A stretch of 64,000 nt of DNA from an uncultured bacterium (GTDB lineage Bacteria > Verrucomicrobiota > Verrucomicrobiia > Limisphaerales > UBA8199): the NCBI GenBank assembly GCA_963749495.1, contig CAVVMW010000028.1:39271-103270 (forward strand), in the 5' to 3' direction. The notes beneath the pieces were generated by a model that made no database searches, was not told where the DNA came from, and saw only the letters and a list, made by a program, of their open reading frames with translations. Below are positions 9,611 through 20,533 of this stretch, piece by piece. The position numbers and the translations under genes were made by a program. Positions within the stretch are counted from its first letter, which is position 1. Every line of letters begins with the position of its first letter.

Positions 9611-9811
9611 AGCCAGCGGACACACAGTGCCCGATGCGGACCCATCATAATCGAAGGCGGCTCGGGGTAAAACTCGAAATCCAGGGCAGAACCATGGAGG
9701 GAGGGTCGAAGGCAAAATCATTTCTGGCAAAACCATCTTAAGGACTTCTCTGTGCATGGTTTTGCCAACAATGATTTTGCCTTGCGCTTCCTGTCCATGG
9801 TTCTGCCTGGC

Positions 9812-12214
9812 TCATTCCGGCGCCTTGAGCACGCCGACCAGGTTGAGCTGGCTGAGTTTGCGCAGGACGACCAGGGCGGAGAGGGCCGAGGCGATTACCA
9901 CGACCAGCACGGCGAAGGCGTAGTTGCCGGCGGTTAAGACCAGCGGGACGCGAACGGTCTCGGTGTTGATCTGGCGCACGATGCCGGCGGCAAAGCCCGT
10001 GCCCAGCAACAGGCCCAGCGGCACCGCAATCAGCGCCAGAATCACCAGTTCGGTGATCAGCACGGCCCCGACCTCGCGCCGCGAAAACCCGACAACGCGC
10101 AACGTGGCCAGCTCGCGCGCACGTTCCGCCAGGGAGATCCGGGCGTTGTTATACACCACGCCGAAGGCGACGACCAGGGCGAAGGCCAGGTAGAGGTTCT
10201 GAAAGGTCCCGATGCTCTTGGCAGTGGTCTGACGGAAGTTGTCGCGCATCGATTCCTTGATGGCCACGAAGCTGATCCGGGGGATCTCCTTGAGCGCGCG
10301 GAGAAACTCACCCCGATGGGCCGCATCGATCGTGAAGCTGGCACTGGTGATGACGTCGCCCTCCCCCAGGAGCCGGTTCAAGGCACCCAACTCCATGTAG
10401 GCCGCCATGCCCGAGAAGTCCTGGGCCAGGCCCGCCAGCCGCACCGTGCGCACCGGGCGTCTGCCTTCGAGGACCTCGACGGTGAGCGGGTCGCCGGGGC
10501 GCGCGCCCAACACCTCCGCCAGCCTGGCCGAAAGGACCAGGCCCTCGGGCGGCAGCGGCATCTCCCGGGTCTCCTCATCGATGACCCGGTTGTGCTGGCC
10601 GCGAGCGGGCAGGCCCAGGATGCCCAGTTGGCGGCGCTGATGGCCGTAACTGAGCCGCACGAAGGCCTGCCGGGCCGGTTCGACGTGCAGCACGCCGGGC
10701 AGGTGGCTCAAGAGATGGCCCACGCTCAGGCTGCCCGGCTCGACCAGCCCGGCGCTCAGGTCCTGCCGCTGGACAACGTCCCACTGGAAGTCCATGACCT
10801 GCGCAACGCCATCCCGGAAGGCATTGGGCACGATGAGAATGCCGGTCGCCAGGGCCAGGCCCGTAATCGTGAAGAGGGCCTGCACCGGGCGGCGTTCGAG
10901 GTTGCGCACCGCGATGCGGAAGGTGTGCGACAACAGGTGCCCGATGCCCGTGCGCTCGATGAGCGCCGGCCTGTAATTGGCCGGAGGCTCCGGGCGCATC
11001 GCCTCGGCCGGGGGCAGGCGCGCCGCCCGGCGCACAGCGCCCAACACGCCGAGGGTCGCCGCCCCGGCAGCCACCAGAAACGCAAGAGGAAAGGCGGCCC
11101 GGTCCGGGCGAAACGCCAGAACGGGAAACCGGAAAAAAGCATGATACAAGCCCGTCAGGTGGCGGCCCAACACCATCCCGCCCAGGCCGCCCAGCAGCGT
11201 GCCCAACGCCACGATGACGAACGCGAACTTGAGATAGTGCAGGACGATTTGGCGGTTGGTGTAGCCGAAGGCCTTGAGAATCGCAATCTGTTCCCGCTGC
11301 AGGTTCAGGAGCCGCGAGAGCACCGCATTGATCATGAACGCTGCCACGCCCAGGAACACGGTCGGAAACCCGATCGACAAGATATTCAGGATGCGGATCT
11401 CGTCGGTCACGCGGATGTGCGAAGGGTGATCGGCGCGTCCGTAGGCCCCGCGCCCGCCGTAAGGCCGCAGGAGACGGTCCAGCGCCGCGATGACGTGGCC
11501 TTCGGCTGCGCCGGGCGCAAGGGTCAGCGACAGGTAATTGAAGGCGCCGTCCAGGTCGAAGGCCGAGGCCAGGTCCTTGTAGCGCATCCAGAAGATTCCG
11601 TAGGTGCGGTTGTCCGGCAGGGCGGCCCCGGGCCGCGAGATGAAGATGAATTCGGGGCACAGGACAATGCCCGCGATGCGGAGTTGCCTGCGCTTGCCGT
11701 TGAGGAGCATGGCCAGGGTGTCGCCGGGCTGGAGCCGGTTGGCCTCGGCGAAGGCATCGCCGACCAGGACTTCATCGCGGCCGTCCGCAGCCAGCCAGCG
11801 GCCGGATTGCAGGAACAGGCGGTTGAGGTGGGGCTGGCCCAGGGCCTCCGGACCGCCCTCCGGGGCGGCGGCGCCGAAGTCGGGCAGCGACCGCACCAGG
11901 CCGCTGGCCGGCTCGTCCAGTTGCGGGATGTCCAGGGTGGCCTGGACCGAGATGGCCGGCTGCACGGCGGCCACGCCCGGGATTTCGGCCACCTGCCCGG
12001 CCAGCGAATTGGGGGCGCGCTTGAGGGCGGCGAAGACCTCCGCGAAACGATTGGCCTCGTAGTACTCCTGCCGTGTCGTTTCCAGCGAATGAATGAGGCT
12101 GCGCGTGGAGATCATCATCGCCAGGCCGCACGCCATAACCAGCGCCACCGCGATGGCCTGGCCCCGGATACGGCGCAAATCGCGCCAGAGCTTTCGATCA
12201 AGCTGTGAGATCAC
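9812..12214 (-). CDS. ABC transporter permease, FtsX/MacB-like, two repeats
   Basis: [39 protein letters not shown] start overlaps the upstream stop. Confidence 0.88.
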   Translation of the reverse strand: MISQLDRKLWRDLRRIRGQAIAVALVMACGLAMMISTRSLIHSLETTRQEYYEANRFAEVFAALKRAPNSLAGQVAEIPGVAAVQPAISVQATLDIPQLDEPASGLVRSLPDFGAAAPEGGPEALGQPHLNRLFLQSGRWLAADGRDEVLVGDAFAEANRLQPGDTLAMLLNGKRRQLRIAGIVLCPEFIFISRPGAALPDNRTYGIFWMRYKDLASAFDLDGAFNYLSLTLAPGAAEGHVIAALDRLLRPYGGRGAYGRADHPSHIRVTDEIRILNILSIGFPTVFLGVAAFMINAVLSRLLNLQREQIAILKAFGYTNRQIVLHYLKFAFVIVALGTLLGGLGGMVLGRHLTGLYHAFFRFPVLAFRPDRAAFPLAFLVAAGAATLGVLGAVRRAARLPPAEAMRPEPPANYRPALIERTGIGHLLSHTFRIAVRNLERRPVQALFTITGLALATGILIVPNAFRDGVAQVMDFQWDVVQRQDLSAGLVEPGSLSVGHLLSHLPGVLHVEPARQAFVRLSYGHQRRQLGILGLPARGQHNRVIDEETREMPLPPEGLVLSARLAEVLGARPGDPLTVEVLEGRRPVRTVRLAGLAQDFSGMAAYMELGALNRLLGEGDVITSASFTIDAAHRGEFLRALKEIPRISFVAIKESMRDNFRQTTAKSIGTFQNLYLAFALVVAFGVVYNNARISLAERARELATLRVVGFSRREVGAVLITELVILALIAVPLGLLLGTGFAAGIVRQINTETVRVPLVLTAGNYAFAVLVVVIASALSALVVLRKLSQLNLVGVLKAPE

Positions 12215-12969
12215 CAGTTCAAGGTGCTCGGCGCTGCGCGCCGGGGGTTGTGGTGTGTGTGCTGGACGCGGCCGTCCGAGAGGTGAATCACGCGGTCGGC
12301 CATATCGGCCATGACGGCGTTGTGCGTGATGATGACGGTCAGGGCGCCCAACTCCTGGTTGACGCGCTGGATGGCCTCCAGGACAACGATGCCGGTCTTG
12401 ACATCGAGCGAGCCGGTCGGTTCGTCGCACAGGAGGATTTCGGGCCGCTTGGCGATGGCGCGGGCGATGGCGACGCGCTGCTGTTCGCCGCCGGACAATT
12501 GCGCCGGGAAGTGGTCGAGCCGGGCGCCCAGGTGCACGAGGTCGAGCGCGGCCTCGGGCAACATCGGATCGCGGGCGATTTCCGTGATCAACGCCACATT
12601 CTCGCGGGCGGTCAAACTTGGAATGAGATTGTAGAACTGGAAGACGAAGCCAACCCGCTTGCGGCGGAAGTCCGTCAATTGGTCTTCGCTGGCGGCCGAC
12701 AGGTTCATCTGGCGGTAACGCAGCTCGCCGGCGGTCGGAAAGTCCAATCCGCCGAGATTATTGAGCAGCGTGGTCTTGCCGCTGCCCGAAGGACCCAGCA
12801 GCACGACCAACTCGCCTGCGTAGAGGTCCAAATCAACCCCGGCCAGCGCCCGGACTTCGGCGGCCCCGCTCCCATAGACCTTGGTCAGCCCCCGCACCCA
12901 GAACACCTGGGCGCGCGAGCCGCTCGAAGGTCCGGCCTCATCTGAGGACGTCACAGTCACCCCCCTCAT
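12211..12969 (-). CDS. ABC transporter ATP-binding protein (LolD/MacB-like)
   Basis: [31 protein letters not shown]. Confidence 0.92.
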   Translation of the reverse strand: MRGVTVTSSDEAGPSSGSRAQVFWVRGLTKVYGSGAAEVRALAGVDLDLYAGELVVLLGPSGSGKTTLLNNLGGLDFPTAGELRYRQMNLSAASEDQLTDFRRKRVGFVFQFYNLIPSLTARENVALITEIARDPMLPEAALDLVHLGARLDHFPAQLSGGEQQRVAIARAIAKRPEILLCDEPTGSLDVKTGIVVLEAIQRVNQELGALTVIITHNAVMADMADRVIHLSDGRVQHTHHNPRRAAPSTLNW

Positions 12970-12997
12970 AGACCATACTCCGGCCGGCTTTTCAAGT

Positions 12998-14563
12998 TTA
13001 AGGGATGTCCTTGATGAGGATGTCCTGGTTGCGGAAGACCTCCGGCCAGGCATCGACGGCGGCGCAGATGCGTTCCGGGTAGTGCTCGCGTCTTCGCGTG
13101 CTGCCGGGGTTCGAGGCCACGACGGCATAGCGCACGGGCGACTGGCTGACCAGCACCAGTTTGTTGTAGCCCAGGGCTTTGAGCCGGCGCAGGTCCGCCT
13201 GGTTGCTGAGCAGTTCAAACAGCCCTTTGGGGTTGGGACCCTTGGGGTAGCCCTCGAGGGTTTGCACGCACAGGCCCTTTCGGTCGGAGCGAAACAGCAC
13301 CTCCCCGCCCCAAAGCGGGTCGCACGTATAGACCAGCAACCGGTCGCCGGGCTCGGTGTGCCGCGCGATGACCTCGCCCATCTCCTTGGGAAAGTAATCA
13401 TAGTCGGCGGCGATCTTCATCGTGATGACGCCATCGACGCTGGAAAAGACCAGCACCAGTCCGGCCAGGGCCAGGCGCAACTCGGGCAGGGGCATCTCCC
13501 GCGCCCAGAAATCTTCCCAACGTTCGAGAGTGGCCCCGCACAGCATGGCCACTGCCGGGCAGCACATGAGATAGAAGTGCCAATGCTCCAGGACCAGGTG
13601 CGTGAAGACCAGCGCGGTGAGCAGCGTCGCCAGCAGCCAGAGTTTGGGCAGGCGGTTGCCGGGGCGGACCAGCGCCAGGACCAGCAGCGCGGCCATCGGC
13701 AGGCTGCCCAGGGTCCCGTGCAGAAACCGCCAGCCGCCCTTTATCCAATGCCCGGGGCCGAGCCGGTAGTGGAGGTCGCCGAAAAACCAATAGACCATGA
13801 ACGGGCTCTTCGAGAGCCGCAGCTCGGTGTAGGGGTACTCCGCCTGCGCGGCCAGGGCATTGGTGTGGTGGGTCCAGGCGGCGAAGGCCAGCGCCGCCAC
13901 GGCCCCCACCCCCGCCAGCAGCGCCCAGGACCGCCAGCCGCGGCCCTCCCCGGCCATCAGCAAGAAAAGCGTGAACAACCCCGCGGCAAAGAACAACGGC
14001 ATCTTGAGCAGCGCGCTCAGCGCCGCCAGCAGCGCCGCGGGCCACCACCACCAACCGCTGCCCGCGCGCACCAGCTTGTCCGCAAAGAAAACGAACCAGA
14101 CCGTCGCCACCAGGCACAGACCGTCCGTGGCCGCCTCGCCTGCCATGACGACCACCAGCGGTTGCGCCAGGAAAAAGGCAGTCGCCCACCACGCCGCGCG
14201 CCGGCCCACGTACTGCCGCGCCAGTTCAAAAAACGGCCGGAGGCACGTTGCGAAAAACAGAAGCGAGACCAGGTTGGCCCATCCGTACCAGGTCGAATGA
14301 GCCAGCTTGAAGGCCAGCCCGGCGGCGGCCTGCCACACCGGCAACTCCAGCGCGGTCGGCGTTCCGGTCGCATTGAAACCCACGATCACCGGCCGCAGCA
14401 GGTCCACCGGGCCGCGGGCATATTCCAGGGCCGTGCCCAGGTGGCTGGCGCGGTAGAGCGATTTGCCCAGCACCGCGCCCCCGAGGTGGAACGCCGCTAT
14501 CAGGCCCAGCAATCCCACCACCAGGGGCAGCAGCGGCCGGCCCTTGCTCTCGCTATCTTGCAC
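12998..14563 (-). CDS. polytopic membrane protein, GT-C (ArnT/PMT-like) glycosyltransferase-like
   Basis: About 11 hydrophobic segments, ELPVWQ loop, soluble C-terminal domain. Confidence 0.55.
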   Translation of the reverse strand: MQDSESKGRPLLPLVVGLLGLIAAFHLGGAVLGKSLYRASHLGTALEYARGPVDLLRPVIVGFNATGTPTALELPVWQAAAGLAFKLAHSTWYGWANLVSLLFFATCLRPFFELARQYVGRRAAWWATAFFLAQPLVVVMAGEAATDGLCLVATVWFVFFADKLVRAGSGWWWWPAALLAALSALLKMPLFFAAGLFTLFLLMAGEGRGWRSWALLAGVGAVAALAFAAWTHHTNALAAQAEYPYTELRLSKSPFMVYWFFGDLHYRLGPGHWIKGGWRFLHGTLGSLPMAALLVLALVRPGNRLPKLWLLATLLTALVFTHLVLEHWHFYLMCCPAVAMLCGATLERWEDFWAREMPLPELRLALAGLVLVFSSVDGVITMKIAADYDYFPKEMGEVIARHTEPGDRLLVYTCDPLWGGEVLFRSDRKGLCVQTLEGYPKGPNPKGLFELLSNQADLRRLKALGYNKLVLVSQSPVRYAVVASNPGSTRRREHYPERICAAVDAWPEVFRNQDILIKDIP

Positions 14564-14694
14564 CCTCGCCTGCTACAAAACATCGCGCCGGGTGTCAAGC
14601 CGGCGGCTGGCGGAACGATCTCAACCGCGGTTCTCGTGCCGCGACGGCCCAGGGCGACTCAGGGGCCGGTATCGTGCGCTATTTGAGGGTGGCC

Positions 14695-15240
14695 TCAGAG
14701 CAACTCCGGCGCGTAGGCGAGCATGCGCTCCGCTTCAAGCGGTGCTCCTTGGTTCAGCCATTCAATGGGTTGGGCATTAGCATCGGCGGGATTGATCCAC
14801 ACCAGATCCCGCAGTTCCGGCGCCTTTGGAAGCGCAACTATCAAGCGTCGGCGGATTGCGCTGTCGCGAGAGGCCACGGGGCTGGCAGTCTCAATGGCTG
14901 CATAGACCAGGTGCAAATCCTTTCGAATCGACTCTGGATCCAACCGGGCAGGGTTAGCTGATAGGATGCGCTGCTCCAGGCCCGCAACCACTTTGGGAGT
15001 GCAATCGCTCACCTTCCGCCGCGCATACATCTGGACCAGCCACTTTCGAGAAAACCGACTCGCATGCGTCTTCCACTCAGTGGCGATGGCCGGCGTGCAA
15101 ACCGCGCGGTGACACACTTCCAGGACAGTTTGCAGGAAGTCCCGGCACGCCTTGCTCGTGCCCGTCATATCGGGGGAATCGCCAGCGGCCCGTGCCACGT
15201 CCGCATCAATGACCAATTGCCGCGAGGCAACCTTGCTCAT
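14695..15240 (-). CDS. PIN-like domain protein
   Basis: LVIDADV (D1), IATEW (E), KDLHLVYAA (D), VASRD (D) match the PIN acidic tetrad spacing. Confidence 0.6.
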   Translation of the reverse strand: MSKVASRQLVIDADVARAAGDSPDMTGTSKACRDFLQTVLEVCHRAVCTPAIATEWKTHASRFSRKWLVQMYARRKVSDCTPKVVAGLEQRILSANPARLDPESIRKDLHLVYAAIETASPVASRDSAIRRRLIVALPKAPELRDLVWINPADANAQPIEWLNQGAPLEAERMLAYAPELL

Positions 15241-16577
15241 GCGGCGCGGCGACGCGCGTCCACAGCGTCGAGGTAGCGGCGTTCAAGATCCAATTCCACC
15301 TTGCCAAAGTCCTCGGGCCAGTCCCCGAAGGATCCACTGCTGTCTATGTCCGCGCTTTGCACTACGGTGGCGCCGTCGGAGGAGTCCCTGGTGAACCAGT
15401 GCAGTTTGACATCTCCCGGGCTGATCTCGGCCCCCTGGGCGGCCAGCGCCTGGATGGCCAGCAACAGAAGCGCGCTGTGGGTCTCAGCGATGACCTGGAC
15501 TCCGCGCCTGATAGCCTTGGCGAGAACAGAAGCAAGGGCCACCTGGGCGCGAGGGTGCAGATGGATTTCAGGCTGCTCAAGATAAACTATCTGACCCGGA
15601 CTGGCCGCCTGTAGCGCAACGGCCACTGGCAGCGCCTGTGAAACCCCGAATCCAACGTCGGCGATGTTGACCAAGTCCCAGGCTCCCCCTACAGCGGCCC
15701 TGGGCAAGCGGCCAACCACAAGCTCCACCTGCGTATCACTGAGACGCTTGGCGGCGACCTTCCACGTGAGACCGAGCGCAAAGAGGTCTTGGTTCAGTTG
15801 GTCCAGCCTTGCGTTGTCCTTTTCGCCCTGCCAGTGGGCGACTATGGCCGCCGTGTAGGTCTCGAAGGTCCCCGGATAGAGCTTGCCCACTGCCGTCATC
15901 GGATAGGTCCGTAGCGGATTGCCACGAAGCCCGGGCAGGTGGATTAGTTCGTGGAGTGCTTTCTCAGTCGCGTCCAATGTCGGGTGCGGCAAAGGAGCAA
16001 TCGCAAAGCCCGAATTTGGTTCCTTGGCACGTGCTCCCAAACCGAGGAGAAAGCGCCGCCTGGGTACGAAATACTCGAGTGCGTGTCCGGGCAGACTCTC
16101 ACCAAAGTCGATGAACCCCCTGTGCTCCGGTGACTGATTCACGATGTCCTCGCTCGTCATTTCAGGGCGCAGTCTGAGCGGTGGGTTCCCGCCGAACTCA
16201 GCCGCAACCACGTCAATCACCTTTGCAGCGTGACGACAGAAGGTCAGCTTGAGCGACGGTGCCCGCCCAAAACGCAGCTCGATTTCGAACCTGTCAGCGC
16301 TCCTTTTTTGGGCGAGCCTGGAGAAGAGCTGCTCGGCTGAAGAAAACCTCACATTAGGTCCCTCCAGCAACAACACGCCTGGATCGTAGGCGACCTCCAG
16401 GCTCTGTTTTAGCAGGAGCAATGCCTGCATGAGGCTCGATTTGCCCGAGCTGTTCGCGCCCGCAAGAATCGTGAGCTTTCGAAATTCGACAGACTGATTC
16501 CGTATAAAAGACTTGAACCCGCCCAAGGCCACGCCGGCCAAGGGGGCCTGTTTGAGCTTATCTCGCTGTTCGGACAT
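15237..16577 (-). CDS. ABC-type ATPase (AAA_15/AAA_21-like) with DUF3696-like C-terminus
   Basis: GFKSF, GANSSGKSS (Walker A), VGFGVSQALP (signature), YLEQPEIHLHP (Walker B/D-loop), ETHS, DSSGSFGDWPEDF. Confidence 0.88.
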   Translation of the reverse strand: MSEQRDKLKQAPLAGVALGGFKSFIRNQSVEFRKLTILAGANSSGKSSLMQALLLLKQSLEVAYDPGVLLLEGPNVRFSSAEQLFSRLAQKRSADRFEIELRFGRAPSLKLTFCRHAAKVIDVVAAEFGGNPPLRLRPEMTSEDIVNQSPEHRGFIDFGESLPGHALEYFVPRRRFLLGLGARAKEPNSGFAIAPLPHPTLDATEKALHELIHLPGLRGNPLRTYPMTAVGKLYPGTFETYTAAIVAHWQGEKDNARLDQLNQDLFALGLTWKVAAKRLSDTQVELVVGRLPRAAVGGAWDLVNIADVGFGVSQALPVAVALQAASPGQIVYLEQPEIHLHPRAQVALASVLAKAIRRGVQVIAETHSALLLLAIQALAAQGAEISPGDVKLHWFTRDSSDGATVVQSADIDSSGSFGDWPEDFGKVELDLERRYLDAVDARRRAA

Positions 16578-16784
16578 CGTTCTCTAAGTTAGCCGGGCCT
16601 GCCTGATTTTGAAAGCCCTGATTTGGCGAGCACGCTTGCCGCAGGCCGCGTTGCGCGTAAACCTGAGGCCTCGCGTGCGCCACCCCTGATGCCCAGCAGT
16701 GGCCTTGGAGCGGCAGAGCCAGAATGACGTCCTCTGTGCGCCCTGCACTAATTGGCTCACGGCCAATCGTCTCCGTTTGGATAC

Positions 16785-16842
16785 GTTCAACCAGCGCGTT
16801 CGCAAGGCTCACCGGCAGGTTCTCGTCGAGGAGAATTCTCAC
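16785..16842 (-). pseudogene. N-terminal remnant of a DUF5615-type PIN toxin
   Basis: GTG-RILLDENLPVSLANAL; similarity lost afterwards. Confidence 0.5.
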
Positions 16843-16904
16843 GCCGCCAGGAATTCTTGAGCGCCCTCTTTCCACGGGGCTGTTCTTGGGGTATAGAGGG
16901 GCAG

Positions 16905-17543
16905 ATGTTCAAGCCGCTGATTGAGAAACTGATAAGCTGGTACATGGACCGGTTGTCGGAGTGGGGTTACCTGCTCATCGGGCTGTTGATGGCGATGGAG
17001 AGTTCCATTGTGCCCCTGCCGAGCGAGTTGGTCATTCCGCCGGCCGCTCACCTGGCCCACACGGGGAAGGTCCCCCTGGGGCTGCCGGGCATTATCCTGG
17101 CAGGGACGATCGGCTCCTGGGTCGGCGCCACGGCGATGTATTGGGCGGCGCGGTTGGCGGGGCGTCCGCTGGTCCTGCGCTACGGACGCTGCTTGCTGAT
17201 CTCTGCCCGCAAGGTCGAGGGGGCCGAGCGCTGGGCGGCGCATTACGGCGCGATGGGCATATTCATCTCGCGCATGCTGCCGGTGGTCCGGCATCTGATC
17301 GGCATCCCGGCCGGGGTCGTGCGCATGAACTACAAGACCTTCTCCCTGTTCACCCTGCTCGGCTCGGCCATCTGGTGCGCTGTGTTGTGCTATGTTGGCA
17401 TCAAGATGGGCCAGGACGAAAAGCTCATGAGAGGCGAGATGCACCGCGTCTCGCTCTGGCTGGGCGGTGCAATGCTCGTGCTGGGCGGCCTCTACTACTT
17501 CTTCGTCCATCGCCACATGAAGGCCGTGGACAAATCCCGATGA
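16905..17543 (+). CDS. dedA: DedA family membrane protein
   Basis: MESSIVPLPSELVIPPA, FISRMLPVVRHLIGIPAG. Confidence 0.88.
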   Translation: MFKPLIEKLISWYMDRLSEWGYLLIGLLMAMESSIVPLPSELVIPPAAHLAHTGKVPLGLPGIILAGTIGSWVGATAMYWAARLAGRPLVLRYGRCLLISARKVEGAERWAAHYGAMGIFISRMLPVVRHLIGIPAGVVRMNYKTFSLFTLLGSAIWCAVLCYVGIKMGQDEKLMRGEMHRVSLWLGGAMLVLGGLYYFFVHRHMKAVDKSR

Positions 17544-17769
17544 AAAAGGCAAACGCACCGCCTTCAAGAACGTGGACATCAAAGTCGCCCCGCGCGTCTG
17601 GCACACGTTGCGCGTGGATTTCCGCGCCAATCGCTTCATCGTCACCTTCGACGGCCGCAAGGTCATCGAGGCGAGCGACGACCATCTCCAGCAACCCGGG
17701 CGCGTGGGCGTGTGGACCAAGGCCGACAGCGTGACGGTCTTCGACAATTTCAGTTTCGGGGCCGAGTAG
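17542..17769 (+). pseudogene. C-terminal fragment of a ConA-like beta-sandwich protein
   Basis: WHTLRVDFRANRFIVTFDG...GRVGVWTKADSVTVFDNF; the frame is closed by a stop inside dedA, so there is no N-terminus. Confidence 0.5.
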
Positions 17770-17907
17770 AAACCGCGCAAAGCAAAATCACTATTGGCAA
17801 AATCGTGGCACAGGACCTTCTGCCTCTGCCGCTCATGATTTTGCCAACAATGATTCTGTGTCGAGAATCTGCGTGCCAAATCGCGGGCCATCGGCTATTT
17901 GTGGAGA

Positions 17908-18447
17908 ATGACCAGTGTGCGCCTCATCCGCAATCTTGCGCTTGTGGGCTTCATGGGCACGGGCAAGTCCAGCGTCGGCAGATTGGCGGCGGATGCGCTG
18001 CATTTCACTTTCCTGGACACCGACCGTGTGATCGAGGCGCGGGCCGGGGCGGCGATTTCCGAGATTTTCGCGCAGCAGGGCGAGCCGGTCTTCCGTGAGT
18101 GGGAGCGGCGCATCGTCGAGGAACTGACCCGGCGGACCAAGACGGTCATCGCCACGGGGGGCGGGTTGCCCGTCAACGAGTCCAACCTGGCGAGCCTCAA
18201 GACCCATGCCCTAGTGGTTTGCCTCTGGGCCTCGGCGGAGGTGATCTTTGGGCGCGTGCGCCATCACGGGCACCGTCCCCTGTTGAACCAGGCCGAGCCG
18301 CTCGAAGAAATCCGCCGCCTCCTTGCGGTTCGTGAGCCACATTATCGCCAGGCCGATGTGCTGGTGAACACGGAGCGGCGCTCGTTGAGGGAAGTGGCCG
18401 CCCAGGTGGTGCACCAGTTTCACCTGGCGCAAGCGGCCCATCCATGA
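17908..18447 (+). CDS. aroK: shikimate kinase
   Basis: GFMGTGKSSVG, DTDRVIE, GEPVFREWE, IATGGG, RPLL. Confidence 0.93.
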   Translation: MTSVRLIRNLALVGFMGTGKSSVGRLAADALHFTFLDTDRVIEARAGAAISEIFAQQGEPVFREWERRIVEELTRRTKTVIATGGGLPVNESNLASLKTHALVVCLWASAEVIFGRVRHHGHRPLLNQAEPLEEIRRLLAVREPHYRQADVLVNTERRSLREVAAQVVHQFHLAQAAHP

Positions 18448-19677
18448 GAGAGGCCATCCGACGCCGTGCGCAGGAATTGGGGTTCGAGGCCTGCCGGTTC
18501 ACCACGGCGGCGCCGCCCCAATCCGCCCCGGCGTTCGGGCAATGGCTGGCCCGGGAGCACCACGGTCAGATGGCCTGGCTCCAGCGCAGTGCCCACAAAC
18601 GAGTGGACCCCCAACTGGTCTTGCCGGGCGCCCGAACCGTCATCACGCTCGCAACCAGTTACGCCCCCCAGGCCGAAGGGCTTCCCCTCACCCCGACCCT
18701 CTCCCCATCCGATGGGGAGAGGGAGAACTTTTTGCAGCCTGTCGACGAATCGCAGCGCGTTGGCACCTTCGAGAACCGGGCTTTGCCGCGCCCTCTCCCC
18801 GTCCGACGGGGAGAGGGTCGGGGTGAGGGGCAAGAGGTGGCCGAGCACATTGGGTTGGTAAAAACCGAGTCGCCTCACGCTGGCTCCGCCCCCCGATCCC
18901 AATGCGGGGTGGTGGCCCGGTATGCCCGCTACGCCGATTATCATCGCGTCCTGGGAGAGCGGCTCCAGCAGTTGGGCGGCTTGGTCGGCCAACTCGGCGG
19001 CCAAGGCGCCCGCTCGCTCTGGTACGTGGACACCGGACCGCTGCTGGAGCGCGACCTGGCCCAGCGCGCGGGCCTGGGCTTCATCGGCAAGCACACCAAT
19101 CTCATCAGCCGCCAGCTCGGCAACTGGGTCTTGCTTTCCGAACTCATCACCACCGTCGAACTGCAGCCCGATGCGCCGGAGCACAACCGCTGTGGCTCGT
19201 GCGCGCGCTGCATCGCCGCCTGCCCGACGGGCGCCATCCGGGCGCCGTTCCAGCTCGATGCCCGCCTCTGCATCTCCTACCTCACCATCGAGCCTCAAAG
19301 GCCCCATCCCAGTCGAGCTCCGGCCCGCTATCGGCAACCGCATTTACGGCTGCGACGACTGCCTGGCCGTGTGCCCTTGGAACCGCTTTGCGCGCCAAGG
19401 CCGGCTCCTGAGCGCCCACGCCCGCCCGGACCTGGCGGCCCCGGACCTGCTGGAATTGCTGGCGCTGGACGAAGCCGGGTTCCGCAGCCGGTTCGCCGGC
19501 ACCCCGATCCTGCGCACACGTCGAAGTGGTCTCTTGCGCAATGTCTGCGTGGCACTTGGCAACACCGCCGGCCCGGCCGCCCTCCCTGCCCTGGAAAGGA
19601 GCGCCTCAGACGCCGAACCCTTGATCGCCGAGCACGGCCGCTGGGCGCGTGAACAGATCCGGGCGCGGGGGAAATGA
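18444..19677 (+). CDS. queG: tRNA epoxyqueuosine reductase; in-frame REP insertion and apparent +1 frameshift at about 19293
   Basis: VDTGPLLERDLAQRAGLGFIGKHTNLI, CGSCARCIAACPTGA, CISYLTIE, then YGCDDCLAVCPWN in the next frame. Confidence 0.88.
18684..18830. repeat. REP-like element (CCCTCACCCC..CCCTCTCCCC..GGGGAGAGGG family) inside queG
   Basis: Inverted arms 18684-18723 and 18791-18830; same family at 25737-25883 and 49703-49742. Confidence 0.85.
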
Positions 19678-19785
19678 CGAATGACGAATGACGAATGACG
19701 AATGACGAAAGGCCCCGAGCCCCAGCGACCGAGAGGGCAACCGCCACGGCTCATTCGTCATTCGTCATTCGTCATTCGTCATTCA
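19676..19785. repeat. inverted pair of TGACGAA heptamer arrays between convergent genes
   Basis: (tgacgaa)x5 followed by (tcattcg)n. Confidence 0.85.
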
Positions 19786-20100
19786 TTTCTGTGCCGAGCA
19801 CCCGTAGGTGCTCGGGCCGGCGCTGACGATGCCGTCCGGCAGCGGCTGCAGCTTGGTGATTTTGACGCGGAACTGCTCGGGGCCCTTTTCCAGGTAATCC
19901 CACTCGAACGTGCCGGGGAATTCCGCCAGGAACTGGCGGCGCATCGGCGCCGGGTCGTGGTCGTTGAGCAGGATGAAATGGTCGCCCACCGCCAGTTCCC
20001 GCCAGGTCTTCAAGACCAGCCCGTGCTTGACGCTGCACGGGACAGCTCGCACGTCCATGACCTTGTTCCGGTCCATCGGAGATTCGCTCTGTGTAGTCAT
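19783..20100 (-). CDS. DUF2249-like domain protein
   Basis: MDVRAVPCSVKHGLV...FILLNDHDPAPMRRQF...EKGPEQFRVKI. Confidence 0.75.
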   Translation of the reverse strand: MTTQSESPMDRNKVMDVRAVPCSVKHGLVLKTWRELAVGDHFILLNDHDPAPMRRQFLAEFPGTFEWDYLEKGPEQFRVKITKLQPLPDGIVSAGPSTYGCSAQK

Positions 20101-20435
20101 GACTTGAAGAGCGTCAAGAGCATCGAGAATTGGCTGGTCGCCTTGACGGCGTGGGGCGCATTGGGGGGCATGTAGAGAAAGCTGCCGGACTTGAGCGCGT
20201 GCGGCTTGCCGAAGAGGGAAAACTCGCACTCCCCGGACAGGATCTGGATGAGGGCGTGCTGGGTCGAGGTGTGCTCGGTCAACTCCTGGCCCTCGGCAAA
20301 GCCAAACAGGACGACGCGCGCGCCGGGCGTTCGCAGCAGCGTGCGGCTGACAATCCCGTTGGGCGCGAACTGGGTCTCGTCCGCGAGCGACAGGATCTTT
20401 TCCCGGCTGATATCGATCAATGGTTGCTCGTTCAT
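20097..20435 (-). CDS. cupin domain protein
   Basis: VVLFGFAEGQELTEHTS...MPPNAPHAVKA. Confidence 0.82.
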   Translation of the reverse strand: MNEQPLIDISREKILSLADETQFAPNGIVSRTLLRTPGARVVLFGFAEGQELTEHTSTQHALIQILSGECEFSLFGKPHALKSGSFLYMPPNAPHAVKATSQFSMLLTLFKS

Positions 20436-20469
20436 ACCGACAATATGCCCTTGAATGGTGGCCGCCGCA

Positions 20470-20483
20470 TTGACGGAGATCAA
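20470..20483. promoter_or_regulatory. FNR/CRP-family box
   Basis: TTGAC-GGAG-ATCAA versus consensus TTGAT-N4-ATCAA, about 35 nt upstream of the cupin-DUF2249 operon. Confidence 0.6.
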
Positions 20484-20533
20484 GGAAAAGGGGATTGCAA
20501 TTTCCCTGCCCTGGCCTCTTACTGGGCGCAGAT

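Noticed and set aside
19676..19785. Tandem repeats as a CRISPR array (also 28888, 44098, 56318)
   Set aside because: Units are 7-12 bp with no unique spacers, and no cas genes are in the window
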